Made by a program: the position numbers and the translations under genes. 64,000 bases of DNA from Cenococcum geophilum (lineage: Eukaryota). The notes beneath the pieces are model-generated. The model did no database searches, had not been told where the DNA came from, and saw nothing but the letters and a program-made list of their open reading frames with translations. Below, one piece after another: positions 48,401 to 61,329 of this stretch. The stretch spans positions 31,806,001 through 31,870,000 of the forward strand of contig CP158635.1 in the NCBI GenBank assembly GCA_050273025.1, in the 5' to 3' direction. The first letter of the stretch is position 1. Each line of letters begins with the position of its first letter.

Positions 48401-51057
48401 CTATAAAACATACTTAGGACATTTTACGGACCTGCTAGATTAATATATACCTTAGACCTCCTAAGTATATTACCCACGACGCTAGTAAGAACTTCATTAG
48501 TAAGGAATTCTAGCAGTATACTACAGCCATGGCTATTTTAATAAAAGCTGTTCCAGTTAAGGCGCACTAGTCTATTAGGCTTATTAAGTGAGCTTACCTA
48601 GCCCTATAGAGAGCTTACTAGATTATTACGGATAAGTATAAGGACATCTAAAAGGAACTGGCTTTATAGATGGCCGTAAAAGCCGTTAATAATACTACTG
48701 GCCCTGACGGACTAGTACCCACCCTCTTGGTTTACGGAGCCTACCTAAGGATAAGCAACCTAGGCCCTGCTGCCCCGTCTATTACGGAACGAGTAGCTAC
48801 AATATAGAAGGCAATGGCTAAAATAGTTAAATTACGGGCCAAACAAGCCGTTAACAGCGCTCTACATCACCGCAACGGACCTAATATAACTTCAGTTTAT
48901 AACCTCCCGCTTAATTCTAAAGTCCTTATATAGCGTAAGAGCGGTAATTAGACTGGACTTTACCGTTTACTAGCTATAGAAGACGAAACGTGTTGTATAT
49001 AACTCCCTAGCGGACCAACTAACTTTAGAAGCACGTCCGTAAAACCCTATTTTTGGTCCGAAAATACCTGTACTGTTAAACCAGATAAACTAGAAGCACC
49101 CGCCGAACCAAATAAACTAGAAACACCCCTACCTACTCTAGAAGTCCCCCGCAAACCTACTGAACCTGCCGTAAAGCGTAGCCGAGGATGCCCCTAAAAG
49201 CACCCTATAACGGAGAACCCCGTAACAAAGAACCACCTAACCTCCGTAGGCACATCCGTAAAGCAATCTCCGCCTGCGGATATATTAGTTCTAGTATAGG
49301 AAACCCCTTTTACGGACTCATGACGCAAAGAGATTAACGGACTACTTAAGAAGGGCGTCTTTACGGTTATAACGGAGAAAGACGTTCCGCAAGGCGTCCG
49401 TATATTCAACTTACGCTTCGTTAACAAGATTAAGCACCCTAGTACTAATAAAGCCTTTAAGAAGTCAAGGCTTGTTATATAAGCCTATAACGACTAGGGA
49501 AAGGGCTTAGTCCTTACGTAATTGCCTATAATTTAACGAGTCAGTTAACGGATTATACTTATACTTACGCCTAGACTATAGCAAACTAAGCCCATAGCCC
49601 TCTACTTACGGGATATCTTATAAGCCTACGTACAATCCAATACCTACCTAAGTAGGGACATCTTTATATAACTACCCCTTGAGCTTAACTTGTAACTAGG
49701 AACAATTTTATAGGTTATAAAACCCCTTTACGGAGTGCTAGAAGCTAGAAACTACTGGTTTAAGACGTACCACCAGCATTATGTCCGTAAACTTAAAACG
49801 GAACAGTTAACCTATAACCCCTGCCTTTTATATACACTATCAAACGGCCTTAGTATTATTAGACTCCAAACGGATAATACCCTCTTTGTAGCGGACCAGA
49901 CTTTTACAGACGCTAAAGAAAATAAATTATAAAAGGCCAAGTTCCTAGTAAAGCCGTAAGAGCAGTTAACTAAGTAGACCCCAGTTAAGTTTAATAGAGG
50001 CTTAATTACATAAAAGGGTAACCTAATCTAGCTAACTCAGAAACGCCAAACTTAAAACCTAAGGCTTATTATAGTAAAGCCTACGGACCTTACTAGTTCC
50101 TGCGGAGAGACCTATAAAACCGTAAATACGAAGGACCAATACGTCGTACAGCGTGCAAGAGGCGCCTATATTGCTATAGTCTATTAACCCGAATCTACCT
50201 ATAACTTATCCTTTACGGCCTAGGTAATAGATCCGCAAGAGAAAGATATTAAGCAGCTAAATAAGCGTATTTAGTAGTAAATTAATAATGTAATAAGAGG
50301 ACTTACTTTTGTACCACTGGACCTAAATTTCCTTAGCGTAATAGTATTTACGGACGCCTCCTTTACCAATAATAGGGACCTATCATCGCAAATCGGCTTC
50401 GTAATTGTACTTATGGACCGTAATTAGGACGCAAATATACTGTATTAGTCTTCAATTAAATGCAAACGAGTAACCCGCAGCGTACTAGCTTCTAAACTAT
50501 ATGCACTAGCCTATAGCTTTAATATAGCAGCCGCAATCAAATCAACAATCCAGAAGATCCTATAATTGGAGCAGCTACCCCTGGTTTTATGCACCGATTT
50601 AAAGTCCCTCTACAACTGCCTAGTCAAACTAGGTACGATACAGGAGAAGAGGCTTATGGTTAACCTAATGTGCTTATATCAGGCCTATGAATGACGTGAG
50701 ATTACGGAGGTTAAATAGATCAGCACCGAAGACAACCCAGTAGACGCTATGACTAAGGTAAAGCCGTGCTAAGCTCTTAAAACCCTAATTAACATAAATA
50801 AGCTTAACCTAAGGGTTATAGAATGGGTGGAACGAAACTAACGGAGCACTTATGGTTCATTTACGGCCCGTTGGAAGGCCGTACGGTCTACTTTACGGAC
50901 CGTAAGTAGGACTTACGACCAGCTTAGAGCACCGTTTGGAAGGCAGCCCAGAAGGCACCTTAGGAGGGATTTCCTATGTATTTCTTTTATGTTTTACGGC
51001 TTCATTAAAGTAATTACGGAGGTTAAATATAATTAAGTCATTTCCAAGTACTGCCAG

Positions 51058-51276
51058 TGTATAATTATAGCACGTGGTATACTAAACGCGTAGTTACGCG
51101 TTTGGTGTACTAACCACTTAGGTGCTAACTAATTAGGGGGAGGCGCGTCAGTATATAGACCACGTAGTCTACCTCAATAGAATTGACAGTCACCACCATC
51201 CCAAAGAGCATATAATACTATACGTATTTCGTGCCCCGGGATATAACTCACTTATATTATTAAGTTGATACAAACA
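51058..51276 (+). repeat. 3' LTR of the Copia
   Basis: Followed by TSD AATAT. Confidence 0.93.
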
Positions 51277-54200
51277 AATATAGTTTAACTTTTTATTTAG
51301 TCATTAACTTTTAAAATTTTTGTATAGTAGCTATACTTTATCTCCCTCCTTAAGATCTAGTCCCTTAGATCTCTTAGCATTATAGTACTTTTTTATTCTT
51401 TTTTATACCTTTTTTACTAATTCTATAAGGTCTATATAAAGATTTATTAGTATCTTTATTCCTTCTTTAGCTATACTACTTATTTTCTTTATTTACCGTA
51501 GTAATAATAATGTTCTTAGCTTATATCTATAGTTTGCCTTAAATAGTAATATGCCTATCCCTTTTTATAGTGTTATATTATATATAAACTGCGTAACTAA
51601 TAATAATAATACCTAATTATTCTGTACGTAATTAATATAGTGTTTTAGATACTATTCTAGTGTCTAATTTAGTCTTTCTATTTAACCGTCTATCTGCGGA
51701 TAATATATAGTAAAAGTTACCACTCTAACTCCTTATTCCGCTAAAAACACCTCCTAAAATGCTACTATAAATCTTAAATCTCTATCCAATATAATTTTAC
51801 TTAGTGCTTTATATATTATAAATACTTCTTTAATATAGATTCTAGCGACGTCTTTTACTAATATTTCTTCTGTATATGCTATAAAGTATCCCTACTTTAT
51901 AAGCTTATCTATTATTACTAAGATTATATTATAATCTTATTTAGTAATAGGGTCTCTTAACTTTAGTAACTTAATAATAAAGTCCTATAATATAACCTCC
52001 TATAGTCTCTCTAGTATTTTAATAGGTTATAGCCCTCCATACGGCTTATGCCTTATTAGTTTATTTCTCTAGCAATCTAGATATTCTTTTATAATTTTTT
52101 ACGCTAAGCCCTAGATTCCGTTAATAATATACTCCTCTTAGAGTCTTAATACTAAGCCCCTAGCTCTATTGTGTCCCTAAGTTATCCCCTTATAGAAATC
52201 TTCTACGAAATACTTTGCTATACTTTTTAGGATATACTTTGCCTCTCTATACTTATATAGTATTTCTTCTTCTAGATACTCTAACTGTTCTTCTAGCTGT
52301 GCTTTAAAGATCCTTTATACCTAAAAGCTTTCTAGTAACTTGTAAACTTTATCTAGTTCTTCTTAAGTTGCTATAATTTTTAGGTGATTATATCTAATTA
52401 GTTTATCTATATCTTTTTGCAGTAAAGCCCCTAATAGCTTTTTATTATTTTATAGTTTAGCCTTTTAACTTAGAGCGTCTGCTTATATATTATCTATTTC
52501 TTTAGTATACTAAATCTTAAAATAGTATTCTATAAGCATCTCTGCCTATCTAACCTATTTTTAATTAAGTTCCTTTATTATTAGGAATTCTGTTAAGTTC
52601 TTATAATCTATCTTAACTATAAATAGTTTTTTTATGCCTTATAAGAATGCTCTTTATTTCTTTAATACTGTAATTATACCTAATAACTCCTTATTATAGA
52701 TGTTATAGTTTAACTCTAGTAGTGGTATCTTCTAACTATAATATGCTACTAGGTGCTATCTATTTTAATATCTTTATATAAAGCACGCCCCTAGTATAAA
52801 GTCTAATGCATTTATTTCTATAACCGTCTTTAGTCCTAGTTAATAGATCTTAAGAACTAGCTCCTAAGTAAATAACTTTTTAACTTTCTTAAATAGTTTT
52901 CGCTGTTTCTTTTCCTATGCCTATAGTTCTTCTTTCTTTATTAGTCGCGTAAATGGTTTAATATTTTTTAACTATTGCGCTATAAACCTTTTATAGTAAT
53001 TACAAAACCTTAGGAATAATCTTAACTGCATAACATTTTCTAGTTCTTACTAATTTACTATAGCCTTAATCTTCTTTAGATTTATACTAAGTTGGCCTAG
53101 TTTAATAATAAATTTAACAAAATTGGTTTTTCTAGTAAAAAACTTGCATTTTTTAATTATTACTGGTATCTGTTCTTCCTGTAGTCTCTTTAAAAACCAT
53201 TTAACGTATTCTTTATACTCTTTCTTAGTTATTAAATAAATAATAATATCGTTAAGATATACTATAATAAATTTATTTAAGTGTTCTTCTAATATATTGT
53301 TAATACGCTTCTAAAACGTTGCTAATACATTTATAAGCCTAAATTGCATAACTAATGGTTTATATAGTCCTTCCTTTAACCTAAAGGCTGCTTTTTATTT
53401 GTTACCTTCCTTAATCCTAATCTAATAGTACGCCTATCTTAGATCTATCTTTGTAAAGATTTATACGTTACCTATCCTATCTTAGATTTCGCTAATTAAG
53501 GGTAAAGGATACCTATCCTTTCTAGTAATGCTGTTTAACTATCTATAGTTGATATATAGCCTTAGTTTGCTATTATTTTTTAGTATAAATAGTACTAAAT
53601 AACCCGCTAATGACTACGATGGTCTAATATATCCCTTCTATAGGTTTTCTTGGATAAACTCTTTTAATACTCTACCTTCTTCTTTAGTAAGCTTATAGAT
53701 TGGAAAGAACCTTAGACTTATTCCTAGTTTTAATTCTATCTTATAGTCCTATACTATATACTCTAACAGCTTTTTACTTTTTAGTAACTATAGTTTCTTG
53801 CTATACTTATAGTATCTCTTTAGTATATAGCTTAATCCTTTTTCTATATCTTTATAGGTTACTCCTACTTAGTACTATACTATCTTAGCTTATTATTATA
53901 TTTTATATTATTAAGTATTTCTAATATCGACCTAACCTGTAATCTAATTAATTCTTAGATTATATTCCTATAACTAAGGTATTCCTAGTACTGCCTTATT
54001 ATTTCCTAATAGTAATATATTAAAAGACATCTTAATTTATCTCCCTTTAATAGTTAACTAAATAGGTCCTATTTTAAGGTTGATAATGCCTCCTCTATAG
54101 GCTATTAGATCTTCTAAAATTATCACTAATAGGTAAGAGTGCTTCTTCTTTTTGTATAGTAATCCCATTCTTTTAACTACTGCTAGTAAGATATGGTTCC

Positions 54201-54664
54201 TTATTGCTCTACTATTTATTAATACTTTAAACTATTAATCTTACTATTTAACTTATAAATTTAGGTGCCGTTTTTGAATTCCTTTAAGGGTCTAAGGCTC
54301 TACTACTAATTCCCTCTAGTTTTGTGGGCCTCTACTTTTCCTAACTATTAGCTGCTTAATCCTATTTATACTTAGTCTACCTTTAGCTAATACTTAGTTT
54401 GCTTTTTGTCTTCTATATACTATAGATATATATTCTCTAGGTATTCCTACTACTATTATCTATCTAGGCATTCTTCCGTAAGGAATCTTTTTAGCTAAAG
54501 TATTAAGTCTCCTAACTTCTGTACTTCTACTAGATGCCAGCTATGTATATACTTAGTATTCTAATACTTTTATTCTTCTGCCATCTAATATATTCTTATA
54601 GGGTATTTTCGATATTTATTCTTAGGTGCTCTGTATATATTATATATATTATCTATATATATAA

Positions 54665-54847
54665 TGTAAGCTTTGCAGTGTATGGGAATTGAACAAGCAA
54701 CTTGATTGTAAATCTATGGGTATCAAGTGGAATATATATATAAAATGGTAGCTGAAATGGGAACAGTGATCTGCAAGCAATATTGATCTGCGATCAATAT
54801 ATTGGGTGGCGTTGAGGCTGTCTCGGCAGCACGCGTAGTCGGTTACA
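54665..54847. mobile_element. Solo LTR (183 bp) of an unrelated family
   Basis: TGTAA...TTACA ends; TSD TATAA at 54660-54664 and 54848-54852; absent from host copy A at ~17225. Confidence 0.85.
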
Positions 54848-55334
54848 TATAATCTATACCAACGTATAATATGCTTAGTACTTTAGGTTAACTCTTAGCT
54901 TATCCTTATCTTTAAGTTTAAACCTCTACCGTATTAATCTAAACGTTGCGACTTTATTTACAGGTACTAAGATACGCCTTTTACTTCTTTAGTCTTTTAA
55001 ACGCTCCTCTAGATCCTTTAACATTATAATTAAGGCTCCTTTAATGTGACTTATCGCCTTTTCTATAATAGGGTGGTCCTAAATAACTTTCTTATCTAAC
55101 TATATATAGAAATCTTCCCACTTATTGTTGTGCCTTTACCTATACTACTTTTGGTATAGCTGCTGGAGTATATACAGTTTATTTATAAGGAAGTATCTTC
55201 TTATTACTGTATTGTAATAGCCCTTTATATATTATTCCTCAAACCTAGTTAAAATCCCTAAATCCTTTTCTTATTCTAGTTCGGTAAGCTATTTAGCTCT
55301 TAGTGTGCCTACTTTAGGCCTATTAGTAATTCTT

Positions 55335-58300
55335 TATCTATCTATCGCAGTCACGTAAGGGGATATTTTAATTTTTGTATAATTGGGAGGCGCAGGGCTA
55401 TAAGGTCGCTCTAGGGCTAGTTCTTAGCAGTTTTGCTAGTTCCTAGCACTCAAATCTGCTAAGGATTTGCCCTAAAGCGGCCAGATATCCCCGACCGCAA
55501 GCCTATAGCTACAAGACTATTTAACTATAGTGGTCGCATTAAGGCTAGCTTTTAGTGGTTTTACTAGTTCCTAGCACCTACTAAAGAATTGCCTTAAAGC
55601 GCTATCTATATATAATATATACTAAGTACAAGGGATGGCGGGTAGGGAAAGCGAATTAGCCACGTAGTAACTGCGTTTAATATTCGCGAATATTATAGGA
55701 GGTCTTAGTATTGTGCGTTACTAAGGTAGATGCTGCTAAGCAATATATAGACGCTAGTATCTATCTATCGCAGTCACGTAAGGGGATATTTTAATTTTTA
55801 TATAATTAGGAGGCGTAGGGCTATAAGGTCGCTCTAGGGCTAGTTCTTAGCAGTTTTACTAGTTCCTAGCACTTAAATCTACTAAGGATTTGCCCTAAAG
55901 CGGCCAGATATCCCTAAGCGAAGCTCCTGCGCCTAACAAGACATTACCGCATTCTGCTATATTCTACCAAATTCTACCACCTTATCGCATTCTGCCAAAT
56001 TCTGCTACATTATCGCATTCTGCCAAATTCTACCACATTATCGCATTCTGCCAAATTCTGCCATATTATCGCATTCTGCCAAATTCTGCCATATTGTCGC
56101 ATTCTGCCAAGTTCTGCCATATTGTCGTATTCTGCCATATTTTGCCAACCCTAAGTTATAAGCCAACCAATTAGGATTTTCTATGCCTGGTATAGAAAAT
56201 CGCTATTAGCTTGCTTACCACTAGCGCCTTAGCGGCCCTCTTAATATCTTAACCTATTATATAGTAATTCTTACGCTAAGAGCGGTATACCACGCTAAAA
56301 GTAAGAGTTAAGGCGATAAAGGTTAGTAGTCTTAGTCTTAATATATAGGCAAAAGGCTTCTAATAACTACTGACCTAGCTGCTGAATTTACTAGTGTAAA
56401 TACCCTAAATCTTTAGCGAACTGGGCAGCGCCCTAGTAGAAGGAGTAGTTTAAGTAACTACTTAGGTTAATCCTAGCAGCTACTAGATAGGAGGAAAGGA
56501 TCTTATAAACCCCTAGAGAAGTAAAAAGTTTACTATTAAGACTAAATAAGGGAGAGTTAAGGGGTTAAGGGTCCCTATTAAATAGCTTTATTATAGCAGC
56601 AACTAGGCATAATAGGCCGCCTACCACCGCGATAGCGACGTTAACGCCCTAGTATTACTTATTGGCTTTGCTCTATTTAAGGCGGAATATTATCCTACTA
56701 GGCGTAAAGGTAATATTATATTAAGTGGCCTTTTTTGCTAAAAAGGTCGTTCGGTTCTTAAGCTCCGCTATAGTATATATAATCTCGCCTATCTATAGAA
56801 ATCTAGCAAATGCGAGGGTGAATACGGCATTAGTGTTGATATCTGGTAGCAATAGGCCGTATATTACTACCTGGGCTAGAATATCCCTAGTAATAGGTTA
56901 CTTATCCTTTTTTGCTAAGGAAGAGATAGCGGCTACTCTAGCGAGTAATTGGTGTACTATAGGATCCTTAAATGCTATAATTAAGATACTATAATCCACG
57001 TGGTGTAAGCGAATTACGGAGATATAGGCTTATAAGGTTTCGGCCTTAAGCCTGCCTATCTATAGCTAGGAGGTACTAAACGTGTAGTAGGTAATCCATT
57101 TACCTAGTTTACGCGGCTTAGCTAGGTAAGGGGAGACTCCTTTAAGTGCGTAGTATAACTTCCAGCTATTAACTACTAAGGAATAGTTCCTATGGGTTAC
57201 TGGCGTAAGGCCATTCCAGAGAAGGAGCGCGTAGAGGTTAGATAGCGCGTTAATATTATCTTTAAAGTTTATAGGCGGTTATAAGTAGTCTATTAGGTTT
57301 ACGGCACCTATTAAAAACTTATTAGCTTTAGTAGTAATAAATTAAAGGCCTAGTATGGGCAGAACTAATAGATAGCCGTGGCCTGGAATTAAGATAGTAT
57401 ATTAGCTAAGCTATTTAAATTACCTAGGATCTACTTCGCGGATATTATAATATCGTAAGCTATAGTAGCTAGCATAATCTTACAGAGTAATTTGTTTACT
57501 ATACTACGGATAATAGTCTTCTTAATGCCTTAGTAAACCATTATGCTATTAGTATAAATAGATAGCGCGCTATACTACTAGTTAGTAGACTATAGATTAA
57601 ATACGTAAGCAATAGCATGCATCTCTTTTAGATTAATATAGTCTATTTATTAACTAGGCTTAGGCAATATACTAAACGCCTAAGATTAAGGGAGGTTAGC
57701 TATATACTACTACTAGTTATCCTTATATTTAAGTTCCTTAAAAAAGTAAAAGCCGCCAAACTTAAACTGGGTAGAGGCGTTAGTAAAGAGATAAATACGG
57801 GTACGCTTAACGTTGTTAAAGAATAATACCCTATTACTCATAGTAAGTAGGTTAAGCCAGATATATAAGTTACTTTATAACTTAGTACTAAATCGCCTAG
57901 GTTTATACTTATTTACTAAAGTCTCCAGCTAAGTAGTAATAAAGATCTAGAGGGATTTAGAGTAAGATTAACTAAGTTTAATTACGTAGGCGCACTATAT
58001 AAGGTAGCCCGTAAGCTACTAGGCTTAAAAGAATAATAATAAGCCATATTAGAGTGCGGTAGTGACTTTCTTAATAGCACATAATTGTTTCTGTGGTAAT
58101 AATTACATTTACATTTATATGGTGTTAATAGTATATCCTAGAACTTTAATAATAGTTCCTGCTATATCTTTAAAGCCATTTTAAGGGATACCTAGGGAGT
58201 TAGTAATAGAGATATAAGTCTAGGTAATAGCCACTAAGTTATTTAGGTTGGCAAGGATAAAGATAAAATCATCTAGGTAGTGTTCTACCTTATAAGGTAG

Positions 58301-60232
58301 TTATAAATAGAGTATTTAGTATAGGCCTTCCGCGAAGAGGTTAAATATAAGCGGCGCAGTTTAAAGATTAAAGGATAGGTAGTATTCCTGGTGGGTAACA
58401 CCTTCCTAGAAGAAGCCTATTAATGTTCTTACCCTATAAGATAGGGGGACTATATAGAACGCGTCTTTAATATCTCTTTTAAGCAGTAGATATCTATAAC
58501 CTACAAAAATAATATAGGCTTAAATAGCGGTAACTGTAGTGTATACTAGTGCTCCATATTCTTCTAGGATTGCGTTATTAACTAAAAATGCTAGTAAAAA
58601 GGAGAGATCGTGAATTTGGCGGTATCCTCTATCCGATTTTGGCACTAGGCTAAGAGGTAAAACTATAATAGGCCCTATCGCAATTCTAATATATCCTTTT
58701 TTAAGGTCTAATATTATCTTCTTAGAGATAAAGTCGGCGTTATCCTAAGAGGAGTTATAGTTCCTATAAGATCTTAGGGTAGAAATAAACTCGGCTCCTA
58801 TCTCGCAGCTATAGGTTAGGATGCCTATTAAGGTAGCTAGTAAATTACCCAGGTAGTTAGATAAAAGGAAGTGCTATGCTAAGATCCTTAGGGGTAATGG
58901 AGAGTAATAGAGAGCCTTTACCTCTATAAAGGTAGAGAATAATAATAACGTATTAGGCCTAGGTCCTAGGCGTATAATTAAAGTTAGTATTATTATTAGG
59001 CTAGACCCTACTTTATAAGGTTCACCTTACTATTCTTAGGCGCAAGCTTTAGATAATATAGTGTAATCTTTACCATACTTTAAGCACTTATATAGGTATT
59101 TACAAGCTATATTATTGCAGCCTCTGCTATTAAACCTATAGTAGGTATTAGAGGTATAGGAGGTATCTAACCTAGGTCTCTTTAAGGCGGCGAAGCCGAT
59201 AGCATTAGATATTATAAGGTATGGCGCTATATACTAAGCTAGTATTTGCCAATTAGTAGGCTCTAGTTGGCCATTAGTTATTATAAAGGTATAATAGTTA
59301 AGTGCTAAGTTAAGTATATAACCTACCTAGATATACTAGGTTAATAAGGTATAAATCGTGTTTATTTAGAGAAGTATGCTAGCGATAAGGTCTAGTGGGC
59401 ATATATAAAGGGTGCCAGTAATAACTATGTAGTTAGTAAAACCTTTAAACCAAACGCCTTTATCTATAAATAGCTTCCTATTTACCTTTGCCTTCCTTAT
59501 AACCAAAGTACTATTCTTAATCCGTGTCTTATTGGCGATCTTAATTTAAGCGGTATAGACTTAAAGATGGGCGAGGTTTACTAGATTAAAGGTACCCTTA
59601 AAAATATCCAGGTAATCCCTTTTTATAATGCCAGAAAGGCGGAGTTCGAGCGACTTTATGCTAGAAAAGAGAGGCTTACTAAGGACATTAGCTGTAGCAG
59701 CTGTTGTAGTGGCCTGTAAGGCCGAAGCGGCTAAGCCTAACTATAATTAAGCCATTTGAGCTAGGTGGTATTTATACTGGCGAGCCTCCTCCACTAGGTG
59801 GGCTTTACGCTCTTCCTTATACTTCTAAATCTCCCTTTTATCTTAGGCTTGTTCCCTTTACTCTTTAGCAATTTTACGCTCTTTTACGGCAGCGGCGCGT
59901 ATATTAGCCTCGGACGGCATTATAGAACTAGTAGAGGAGGGTGTAGCGGTTGTAGACGATGGTGTAGTTAAGGTAGGTCGTCTAGGTGGGTTTACTTATT
60001 GGGATTATACACGCGTATAAGTCTCCTAGTTAGTTATAAGCGGTAATAGCGTTATAAAATAATTCTTAAACGAATGGATGATAAATATATAATGAATATT
60101 AATGAGTTTAGCGATATTAAAAGTGAATTAGCTATATAGTAACTGCGTTTGATATTCGCGAATATTGCGGGAGGTCTTAGTATTGTACGTTACTGAGGTA
60201 GATGCTGCCAAGCAATATATAGACGCTAGTAT
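55335..60232 (-). mobile_element. Ngaro-type tyrosine-recombinase (DIRS order) retrotransposon, RIP-degraded
   Basis: Split direct repeats A1 (60120-60232) ... B1 (55758-55914), A2 (55648-55760), B2 (55335-55491). Minus-strand ORF1 Cys/His finger ~59070-59145; RT LVPKSD.GYRQIHDLS ~58600-58650 and HYLDD ~58270; RNase H LFTDAS ~57780; recombinase HSFRRGAA-like ~56425-56450 followed by a GRW...Y motif. Confidence 0.9.
55943..56147. repeat. 28-bp minisatellite (~7 units) ATTATCGCATTCTGCCAAATTCTGCCAT
   Basis: Direct reading; lies between the recombinase ORF end and repeat B1. Confidence 0.85.
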
Positions 60233-61329
60233 ATAGGTGCTCTGTCCTTTATACGACCTAATATACTAGATCTTTTATCTAGTTTCTATTTTTACTATAA
60301 GGTAATTCTTATTCTAAATTCCTCTATAGTTTCTTTCTTTTTATATCTTATAAGTGGATTCTTAAAGTCTTCCTACTTCTTAATCTTATTAATAATCCTT
60401 ATTCGTGTTTTGAAATCTTAGTTTTATAGAATTCTTAATCCTAAGCTTACTTCTACTTTAAGCCTTACTCTAGCCTTAGTTTAACTAGGCTTACTTAGTA
60501 TTCTTATCTTATCTTAAGAGTCTTAAATCTTACTTATTTCTTTTTAAGAATCTTATACCTATAGAAAACTCTATCTTAAGCTTATTTATATATCTTTAAA
60601 CTAAGCTATTACCCTACTCCATCGGTTTCTGTTTATTGTGGGTCCTTAGGTATACCTTATCTTATCTTAAAAATCTTAGTTATCTCTTATCTTATCTTAA
60701 GAATCTTAAGCCTTTGGCCTTTTGCCTTTATTAAGTGCCAAAGTAGCTTATTATCCTACTTCTCTTGCGTCTTATAAAGCGATAGATATTATGTCTAGTA
60801 GGGTCTTACTCCCTACTAATGTTCCCTATTCTATAGTGGAATTATCCTCTATTTCTATTATAATATCTTTAAGGTTTATATACTCCTAATAAGCTGCCTT
60901 TATTACCTTATTATTATAGAATATTTCGCCTATATTAAATTTATCGTCCTTAATATCCGATCTATAAACTAGTTTATTAGTTTCTCTATACTTTAAGGAT
61001 TTTAGCTCTTATAGCTAATAGCTTACGCTATACTTAGTGTTTTTATAAATTTAGTATGCGTTGTTATAACAAAACGCAAAACTTCTAATTAAATACTCTT
61101 TGGTTCCTCGCAGTATACTATTACCTCTCTATACGTATATATCTTTTACTAGTCTAGTTCCCTTTATTATATAGTTACTCTAATTATCTTTATTATCCCT
61201 TGCGAAGTGACTTTATTTTCTGTAATTATATAAGCTCTATCTTTAAACTATTAACTTTGCTATAAAGTCTACCTAAATGTCTTCTACTACTAAGATCCCT
61301 AGTTTAGCCTCTACTCCTTAGTCCTATAA

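Larger units (their letters stand above)
45217..51276 (+). mobile_element. Full-length Ty1/Copia retrotransposon, GalEa-like, RIP-degraded
   Basis: 219-bp LTRs; TSD AATAT at 45212-45216 and 51277-51281. gag-pol ~45904-50841 in Copia order: knuckle ~47257, protease IDTGA ~47676, integrase LHRRFGH ~48115, RT QTDD-like ~49867, RNase H FTDAS ~50348 and EKRLM ~50644. Confidence 0.93.
43737..61329 (-). mobile_element. RIP-degraded Ty3/Gypsy retrotransposon, host copy B (same family as copy A; four insertions; 5' part beyond the window)
   Basis: 3' LTR at 43737-44159, adjacent to a reversed PPT (CTATCTCCCTCCTCTTT, from 44160). Integrase/RNase H/RT/protease/gag remnants; the gag-to-RT part is colinear with copy A. 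Confidence 0.85.
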
